The notes under the pieces were generated by a model that saw only the letters and a list, made by a program, of their open reading frames with translations, was not told where the DNA came from and did no database searches. From Candidatus Methylomirabilia bacterium (GTDB lineage: Bacteria > Methylomirabilota > Methylomirabilia > Rokubacteriales > CSP1-6), in contig JBGQEL010000120.1 of assembly GCA_041496385.1 (NCBI GenBank), positions 1 to 13,252 of the forward strand: 13,252 bases of DNA, given 5' to 3'. Numbering within the stretch: the stretch's first letter is position 1; each line of letters opens with the position of its first letter. Shown one piece after another: positions 7,465 to 13,252 of this stretch. The translations under genes and the position numbers were made by a program.

Positions 7465-8939
7465 GTGCGTGCGCCTCCCGTCGCCTCGGCGCCGGCGAGG
7501 CGCCCGAAGACCGCGCCGGACATGAGGCCGGTCCCGCCCGGGTAGTTGCCGTGGAAGAGCCCGCCCACCATCTCGCCGCAGGCGAAGAGGCCGGGGATGG
7601 GGGTGAAGCTCGTGCTCATCACCTGCGCGCGGTCGTTGACGCGCACGCCGCCGAAGGTGAAGGTGATCCCGCCCGTGACCGGGAAGGCCGTGAACGGCGG
7701 CGTGTCGAGCCGCTGCGCCCAGTTGGACTTGGCGAGCGCGAGCCCGCGCGTGGCGAGGCCGTCGCGCACGGTCGGGTCGAAACGGCCCTCCGTCACGGCG
7801 ACGTTGTAGGCCTCCAGCGTCCGCCGGCAGGCCGCGCGATCGAGCGCGAGCTTGTCCACGAGCGCGTCGAGCGAGTCCGCCATCGCCGGCGTGCCCGTCG
7901 CGTACCGCCCCTCCAGCAGATGCGTCACCTTGGCGTCGAAGATCTGCCAGCCGACGCCGCCCGGCTCGTTGAGGATGACGCCGCCGAGCTTGGCGTAGGT
8001 GTAGAACTGGAAGTCTTCGCCCTCGTCGAAGAAGCGCAGGCCCCGCGCGTTGACCAGCACGCCGTAGGGATACGACAGCCGGTTCGTCTTGTCGGTGAGC
8101 TTCCGGTCGCCGTGGGGCGGCGCGTCGGCGTCGATCGGCGTGGAGTGGCAGCCGGTCCACTGGCCGTGCGGCAGCGCGCCGACGTCCATCGCCATGCGCA
8201 GGCCGTCGCCCGTGTTGTAGCGCGTGCCGCGCACCTTGGCGTGGTCCCAGGGCCGGCCGAGATAGCGCGCCCGCCACTCGGGGTTCGCCTCGAAGCCCCC
8301 GCAGGCCAGCACCACCGCCGTCGCCGACAGCTCCGTGAAGCCGTCGGGCCCGCGCACGACGACGCCCGTCACGCGGCCGCTCGCGTCCTGGACGAGGCGC
8401 ACGGCCGCTGCGTCGTAGCGGATCTCGACGCCCTGGCGCTCGGCCGTCCGGAACCACATCGCCGACAGCCCCACGCCCTCGTGCTTGGCGCGAACCACGG
8501 CGCCGGGAGACCACTTGAGCGTGTCGCCGACCCGCACCGCGGAGAGCGAGACCGCAGGCTCCATCTCGATCCCCTGACGCGCCATCCAGCAGGCCGTGTC
8601 GTAGGACCGGCCGATGAGCAGCTCGGCCAGCTCGGGATCCGTGCGTCCGTCGGTGACGCGCAGGAGATCGGCCATGAAGAGCTTTTGCGGATACGGCTCG
8701 ACGCCCGTGTAGAACCCCGGCACCTGGCGCTCGGCGTCGGGCACGAGCGGGCGAAGCTCCTCGGCGCGATCGAAGGCGATCCGGAGCAGCCCGCCGCTGT
8801 AGTGCGTGTTGCCGCCGCGGAGCGCGCGCGGGGCCTTCTCCAGCGCCACCACGCGCCGCGCGCCCTGCTCGCGCGCTGACACGGCCGCGGCGAGGGCGGC
8901 GTTGCCCGCGCCCACCACCATCACGTCGTAGTCGGGCAC
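7461..8939 (-). CDS. tcuA: FAD-dependent tricarballylate dehydrogenase TcuA-like flavoprotein (FAD_binding_2), about 492 aa
   Basis: YDVMVVGAGNAALAAA, GGNTHYSGG, VVLACGGFEAN, KVRGTRYNTGDG, VNARGLRFFDEG, GITFTFGG and GEMVGGLFHGNYPGGTGLMSGAVFGRLAG. A GTG start at 8939 is inferred 13 nt after the upstream stop. Family call is strong; substrate is not established. Confidence 0.8.
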   Translation of the reverse strand: MPDYDVMVVGAGNAALAAAVSAREQGARRVVALEKAPRALRGGNTHYSGGLLRIAFDRAEELRPLVPDAERQVPGFYTGVEPYPQKLFMADLLRVTDGRTDPELAELLIGRSYDTACWMARQGIEMEPAVSLSAVRVGDTLKWSPGAVVRAKHEGVGLSAMWFRTAERQGVEIRYDAAAVRLVQDASGRVTGVVVRGPDGFTELSATAVVLACGGFEANPEWRARYLGRPWDHAKVRGTRYNTGDGLRMAMDVGALPHGQWTGCHSTPIDADAPPHGDRKLTDKTNRLSYPYGVLVNARGLRFFDEGEDFQFYTYAKLGGVILNEPGGVGWQIFDAKVTHLLEGRYATGTPAMADSLDALVDKLALDRAACRRTLEAYNVAVTEGRFDPTVRDGLATRGLALAKSNWAQRLDTPPFTAFPVTGGITFTFGGVRVNDRAQVMSTSFTPIPGLFACGEMVGGLFHGNYPGGTGLMSGAVFGRLAGAEATGGART

Positions 8940-8952
8940 CGTGCCGTCCGCC

Positions 8953-10149
8953 TCAGATGACGCCGTCGCGTCGGAGCGCGTCGAGCTCCGCGGCACCGTA
9001 GCCCAGGAGCGTGCCGAAGACATCCGCGTTGTGCTCGCCGAGCAGCGGCGCGCGGACGACGTCGGTCGCCGAGTCCGACATGCGCACCGGGTTCGCCGGC
9101 ATCGGGTACTTGCCCCGCCGCGGGTGCTCCAGCTCGACGATCATCCCGCGCTGGCGCAAGTGCGGGTCCGCGAGCACCTCGCTCGAGTCGAGCACCGCGC
9201 CGCACGGGACACCGGCGCCGGCCAGGATCTCCATGACCTCGTGCTTGGTGCGCTTCTCGGTCCACGCCTCGATCATCGCGTCGATCTCATCGATGAATTT
9301 TACGCGGTCGCGGCGGTCGGCGTAGCGCGGGTCGTCGCCCAGCTCGGGGCGCCCGGCGATCCGGGTGAGCGTCCGCCACATCTCGACGGTCGCGACATGG
9401 ATGAAGACGTAGTCGTTCGGGCCGAACGGGCGACAGCGGTAGAGGTTCGAGGGCGCCGCGGCCGCCGAGTGGTTGCCCTGCCGGGGCGCGGGCTTGCCGG
9501 TGACGTACGTGTCGCGCAGGTGGATGCGGAGGAGATTCACCACGGCCTCCTGCTGCGCCACCTCGATCTGCTGGCCCACGCCCGTGGCCTGGCGCTGGAT
9601 GATCGCGGCCAGGATGCCGATCGCGGTGTGCAGGCCCGCGCCCGTGTCGGCGAGGCCGCCGATGGCCTTCGTCGGCGGCCCGTCGGGCCAGCCCGTCATG
9701 CTCATCGCGCCGGCCATCGCCTGCGCGATCCACTCGAAGCTCTTGTACTCCGCGTAGGGCCCGGTGCTCCCGAAGCCCTTCACCGAGGCGGCGATGACGC
9801 GCGGGTTCAGCGCCCGCAGCGCCTCGTAGCCGAGCCCGAGCCGCTCCATCGCGCCCGGCCCCATGTTCTCGACGACGACGTCGGCGCGCTTGGCCAGCTC
9901 CTCGAACATCGCGCGCCCCCGCTCCGACTTGAGGTTGAGCGTCACACCCCGCTTGCAGGAGTTCAGCAGCAGGAAGAACCACGCGTCCTCGCCGCGCTTG
10001 TCGGAGAGCGCGGTGCGGCCGGGCTCGCCGGTCGGCGGCTCGATCTTGATGACGTCGGCGCCGAGCCACGCGAGCATCTGGGTGCAGCTCGGCCCCGCCT
10101 CGTACTGCGTGAGGTCGAGGACGCGGATCCCGTCGAGCGCCTTCGGCAT
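8953..10149 (-). CDS. Class III CoA-transferase (CaiB/BaiF), formyl-CoA transferase Frc-like, 398 aa
   Basis: LDGIRVLDLTQYEAGPSCTQMLAWLGADVIKIE closely resembles the Frc N-terminus. Also ADVVVEN, catalytic Asp in GLADTGAGLH and C-terminal APLLGEHN. GGGGAG RBS. Confidence 0.9.
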   Translation of the reverse strand: MPKALDGIRVLDLTQYEAGPSCTQMLAWLGADVIKIEPPTGEPGRTALSDKRGEDAWFFLLLNSCKRGVTLNLKSERGRAMFEELAKRADVVVENMGPGAMERLGLGYEALRALNPRVIAASVKGFGSTGPYAEYKSFEWIAQAMAGAMSMTGWPDGPPTKAIGGLADTGAGLHTAIGILAAIIQRQATGVGQQIEVAQQEAVVNLLRIHLRDTYVTGKPAPRQGNHSAAAAPSNLYRCRPFGPNDYVFIHVATVEMWRTLTRIAGRPELGDDPRYADRRDRVKFIDEIDAMIEAWTEKRTKHEVMEILAGAGVPCGAVLDSSEVLADPHLRQRGMIVELEHPRRGKYPMPANPVRMSDSATDVVRAPLLGEHNADVFGTLLGYGAAELDALRRDGVI

Positions 10150-10177
10150 CGGATCAGTCTCCCCCTCTACGCACGCT

Positions 10178-10713
10178 CTACTTCGTCAGGCGCTTGGCGA
10201 GGAACTCGAACGCACGCCGGGTCGAGTCAGCGGTCGCTTCCTTGCTGTAGCGGTATGTGATGGTCTCTCCACGCCAGTCCTTCTTCGTGTTGCCGTTGAG
10301 CTCGCTTCGATCCCACTCGACTGGAACTCCTTGGTCCTTCAGGGCGGTGAGGCGAGGCAGACAGTCTGCAGGCGGTGTCTCGTTGTCCGCCCCGCCCATG
10401 AGCACGAGGAGCGGTCGATCGGTATCGGGCTTGAGGAATTCGATCCCGCTGCGCTGAGGCCCGGCGGGTGGAGGAAAGTAGAACCCCACCAGTCCGATAC
10501 GATCCGCATCGACGAAGTCCAGTTTGCTGAGATAGCTCGAGGCGTCCAGCGTGCGCTGTAGAGGCGCAGCGTCTTCACCTCGGGTTTGAGGTTGAGGTCC
10601 GGCGCCTCCGCCGCCCGGGCTCTCAGCCGTTCGGTAGGCGTCTGGGCGGACGCCGGCGCCGGAGCGACCGCGACTGCCAGCAACCAGACCGCGATGCCGG
10701 CGACCCATCTCAT
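10178..10713 (-). pseudogene. Degraded secreted dienelactone hydrolase-family (alpha/beta hydrolase) gene with a frameshift and internal deletions
   Basis: ATG at 10713 begins a signal peptide (MRWVAGIAVWLLAVAVAPAPASA|Q). Coding continues in another frame from about 10553 with YLSKLDFVDADRIGLVGF, RPLLVLMGGADNETP, GVPVEW and YSKEATADSTRRAFEFL. No nucleophile elbow after VGF and no catalytic His. Confidence 0.75.
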
Positions 10714-10724
10714 CGTGCCGTCCC

Positions 10725-10837
10725 AGCCTGGATTGTTCATGAGCCAGGATACGGACGTCGGACGGGTGGCGCTGCGGGCTGTGCCCGCGCCAGGACCCGT
10801 CCGCCTCGCGTGTGATCGTTCATGAACAATCCAGGCT
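10725..10837. mobile_element. MITE/REP-like miniature element bounded by 18-bp perfect inverted repeats
   Basis: AGCCTGGATTGTTCATGA (10725-10742) and its exact reverse complement TCATGAACAATCCAGGCT (10820-10837). The ends carry CCAG and CTAG. No transposase. The repeat is certain; mobility is inferred. Confidence 0.6.
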
Positions 10838-12482
10838 AGGTGGTATACGCGGAGAAGCGTACGGTCTGCGCGCGTGCCTTGTCGTCCGTGATGACGTTGA
10901 CGACCGCCGGCTTGCCCGAGGCCCACGCGCGCTCGAGCGCCGGGCGGATCTCGTTCGGCTTCTCGACGAACTCGCCGTGCGCGCCCAGCTCCTTCGCGAG
11001 CCTGTCGTAGCGCGTGTGGCCGAGGTTCCGCCCGGGCTTCGGCAGCGGGCGCGACCAGGGCGTGTCCGCGGTCCAGCCGCCGTTGTTGCTGATCACCACG
11101 ACGACGGGGATCCGGTGGCGCACGGCGGTGTCGATGTCCATCGCGTTGATACCGAAGGAGCCATCGCCGTGCAGCACCACCACCTGCGCGTCGGGCTTCG
11201 CCACCTTCGCGCCGACGCCGAAGGGCAGGCCGACGCCCATGCAGCCGAACGCGCCCGAGTTGAGCCGGTGGCCGGGCACGTACGTCGGGATCGCCTGGCG
11301 GCCGTAGTTCAGGATCTCCTGGCCGTCCACGACGAGGATCGCGTCGCGCCGCAGGAAGTCGCGCACCTCCTTGCAGAGCCGCAGCGGATGGATGGGGGTC
11401 GCGTCGCTGCTCATGGCCTTGTCCTGCTCGGCTGACTTCTCGCCGTCGAGCACGCGCAGCTTGCCCACCCAGGCGGCGTAGCGCTTCGGGTCGATCTTGC
11501 CCTGTGCCTCGCCGCGCAGCTGCTCCAGGACCGCGCGCGCGTCGCCCGCGATCGGCACGTCCACCGCACGGTTCTGACCGAGCTGCGTGGGGTTGATGTC
11601 GACGTGGATCACCTTCAGGTCGGCGGCGAAGCGCGGCGGGCGCCCGAACTGGATGACCCAGTCGAAGCGCGTGCCCACGGCCAGCACGACATCCGCCTCG
11701 GTGAACGCCTTGCTGCGCGCGTTGAGGAAGGAGAGCGCGTGGTCCTCGGGGATGAGCCCGCGCGAGATCGGCTTCGTGTAGAACGGAATCCCCGTCGCCT
11801 CGACGAAGGCCTGCAGCGCCGCCGCCCCGTCGGACCACCAGACGCCGCTGCCCGCGATGACCACCGGGCGCTCGGCGCGCGCGAGCAGCGCGATCGCCTC
11901 GCGGACCGCGGCCGGGTCGCCGAGCGTTCGCGGCGCCGGCTTCCACGCCGGCTCGTAGCGGAGGCTCTCCTCCTCCACCTTCTCGCCGAGGATGTCACCC
12001 GGCAGGTCGAGGTAGACCGGGCCCGGCCGTCCCGTCGTCGCCTGGCGGAAGGCCGTCGCGACGACGTCGGGGATGCGCCTGGCGTCGTAGATGCGTTCCG
12101 CCCACTTCGTGATCGGTCGCATGACCCCGAGCTGGTCGATCTCCTGGAACGCCTCCATGCCCTGGTAGACGCGCGGACTCGCTCCCCCGATCGCCACCAG
12201 CGGCGCGCAGTCGGTGAACGCGTTGGCGACGCCGGTGACGAGGTTCGTGGCGCCCGGACCCGAGCAGCCCATGCAGACGCCGGGTCGGCGTGTCACGCGG
12301 GCCCACGCGTGCGCCGCGAAGGACGCCGCCTGCTCGTGCCGGTGATCGATCGCCCTGATGCCGAGCTTGATGCAGGCCGCCTCCGTCTCGAGCATCGGGC
12401 CGCCCATCAGGTAGAAGAGCGTGTCCGCGCCCTGCGACCTGAGCGCCTGCGCCAGCACCTCCGAGCCAGTGATCGTCGCCAT
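10836..12482 (-). CDS. ThDP-dependent enzyme, oxalyl-CoA decarboxylase/2-hydroxyacyl-CoA lyase-like, 548 aa
   Basis: Catalytic-Glu motif HRHEQAASFAA, SGPGATN, AFQEIDQ, RPGPVYLDLPGD, GAFGCMGVGLPF and ThDP motif GDGSFG...NNGGW. Lies near an Frc-like gene. AAAGGA RBS. Confidence 0.85.
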   Translation of the reverse strand: MATITGSEVLAQALRSQGADTLFYLMGGPMLETEAACIKLGIRAIDHRHEQAASFAAHAWARVTRRPGVCMGCSGPGATNLVTGVANAFTDCAPLVAIGGASPRVYQGMEAFQEIDQLGVMRPITKWAERIYDARRIPDVVATAFRQATTGRPGPVYLDLPGDILGEKVEEESLRYEPAWKPAPRTLGDPAAVREAIALLARAERPVVIAGSGVWWSDGAAALQAFVEATGIPFYTKPISRGLIPEDHALSFLNARSKAFTEADVVLAVGTRFDWVIQFGRPPRFAADLKVIHVDINPTQLGQNRAVDVPIAGDARAVLEQLRGEAQGKIDPKRYAAWVGKLRVLDGEKSAEQDKAMSSDATPIHPLRLCKEVRDFLRRDAILVVDGQEILNYGRQAIPTYVPGHRLNSGAFGCMGVGLPFGVGAKVAKPDAQVVVLHGDGSFGINAMDIDTAVRHRIPVVVVISNNGGWTADTPWSRPLPKPGRNLGHTRYDRLAKELGAHGEFVEKPNEIRPALERAWASGKPAVVNVITDDKARAQTVRFSAYTT

Positions 12483-12533
12483 GGCCTGTCCTTTCGCGAT
12501 GCGGTGAAGGATTCCGGTCGGGACAGAATACGC

Positions 12534-13237
12534 CTACGCGCGTCCCTTGCGCGCGATGAATTCTGCTCCTCGAGCGTACGTCCCATGTCCCGGAGCAGCA
12601 GCGCCTTCACGCCCATCACCGCGTCGCGGCGGTTCTTGGCGATCATGGTCGCGAGCCACAGCGTCTTCTCGCGGAGCTGCGCGCACGGCACCAGGTGGTT
12701 CAGCAGACCGATGCGCAGCGCTTCCTCGGCCTCGACGGCGCGGGCGGAGAACAGCAGCTCCTTGGCGATAGGCCAGCCGACCTGGTTCGGCAGGGTCCAG
12801 GTGCTGTTGATGCGGCCGTAGGCCGCGGCGAGGAAGCGGAAGCTCGCGTGCTCGCAGCCCACGCGCATGTCGAGCGACGACGCGAGCACCCCGGCGCCGC
12901 CGTAGGCGAGGCCGTTGATCATGCCGATGGTCGGCTTGGGGCACGCGCCGATCTCGTAGCTGCCGCGGGCGCGGGCGGCGCCGCGCGCGTCGAGCTCCGC
13001 CTGCGAGTATTTCTTGTCGTCCTCGCGCTGCTCGTGGATGTCGCCGCCGGCGGAGAACGCGCGGTTCCCGGCGCCCGTGATGACGATGCACCCGACCTCG
13101 TCGTCGGCGGCCATGCGCGTGACCGCCTCGTGCAGCTCCCGGCTCAGCTGATGGTTCAGCGCGTTGAGCTGGTCGGGGCGGTTCAGGGTGAGGATCGCGA
13201 CGCCTTCCGACTTCTCGACGAGCACGTGGTCCGCCAT
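12534..13237 (-). CDS. Enoyl-CoA hydratase/isomerase (crotonase) family protein with a frameshift/deletion at about 12563; possibly a pseudogene
   Basis: LTLNRPDQLNAL, AFSAGGDI, KPTIGMINGLAYGG and AEEALRIGLLNHLV. GGGAGGAAGG RBS. The crotonase-like tail EFIARKGRA* (stop at 12534-12536) is in another frame, while the main frame runs on to 12407, overlapping the next gene. Confidence 0.85.
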
Positions 13238-13252
13238 GCCTTCCTCCCGCGA

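Noticed and set aside
6550..8514. 654-aa ORF as a fusion protein
   Set aside because: The N-terminal 350 codons are an off-frame shadow of the TcuA-like gene. The real gene starts at GTG 7464.
10165..10181. CTCTAC direct repeat as a target-site duplication
   Set aside because: Only 6 bp and 5 nt apart. It does not flank the putative insert.
10339..11946. 535-aa minus-strand ORF
   Set aside because: Mostly an off-frame shadow of the ThDP gene. Only about 10713-10555 looks coding (the hydrolase N-terminus).
8953..12482. Assigning the gene symbols oxc and frc
   Set aside because: Diagnostic motifs differ from the characterised oxalate enzymes, so only family-level calls are supported.
12555..12570. 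Programmed ribosomal frameshift in the crotonase
   Set aside because: No slippery heptamer, and coding sequence appears to be missing, so a deletion or assembly error is more likely.
42..12821. Long alternative-frame and antisense ORFs (e.g. 42..1670, 2867..4129, 4011..6140, 4373..6664, 7551..8879, 8941..10260, 11604..12821)
   Set aside because: Arg/Ala/Pro/Gly-rich or antisense mirrors of real genes, with no motifs. Expected from stop-codon scarcity at high GC.
1..13252. CRISPR arrays, tRNA/rRNA, transposase, integrase or defence genes
   Set aside because: No repeat-spacer periodicity, RNA gene signatures or matching protein motifs seen. The window is almost fully occupied by metabolic genes.

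Overview
A GC-rich bacterial catabolic region (about 70% GC by eye; gene style reminiscent of Ca. Rokubacteria/Methylomirabilota, which is inference only) with two convergent gene runs. The plus strand (49-4174) carries an HpaB-family flavin monooxygenase, an ACMSD-like amidohydrolase/decarboxylase, a small HAD protein hidden inside a shadow ORF, and a Zn-dependent MDR dehydrogenase. The minus strand (13237 to 4178) carries an atypical crotonase with a frameshifted C-terminus, a ThDP oxalyl-CoA decarboxylase/2-hydroxyacyl-CoA lyase-like enzyme, a ~113-bp MITE-like element with 18-bp perfect inverted repeats, a decayed secreted dienelactone-hydrolase-family gene, an Frc-like class III CoA-transferase, a TcuA-like flavoprotein, a beta-hydroxyacid dehydrogenase, a second amidohydrolase and an MFS transporter. 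The most notable points are: (1) a lyase/CoA-transferase pair whose signature motifs differ from the oxalate-degrading Oxc/Frc pair, suggesting an uncharacterised CoA-dependent acid catabolic pathway; (2) several apparent internal deletion scars within about 2.3 kb; (3) the MITE-like element overlapping a stop codon. All homology calls come from recalled motifs, not database searches.
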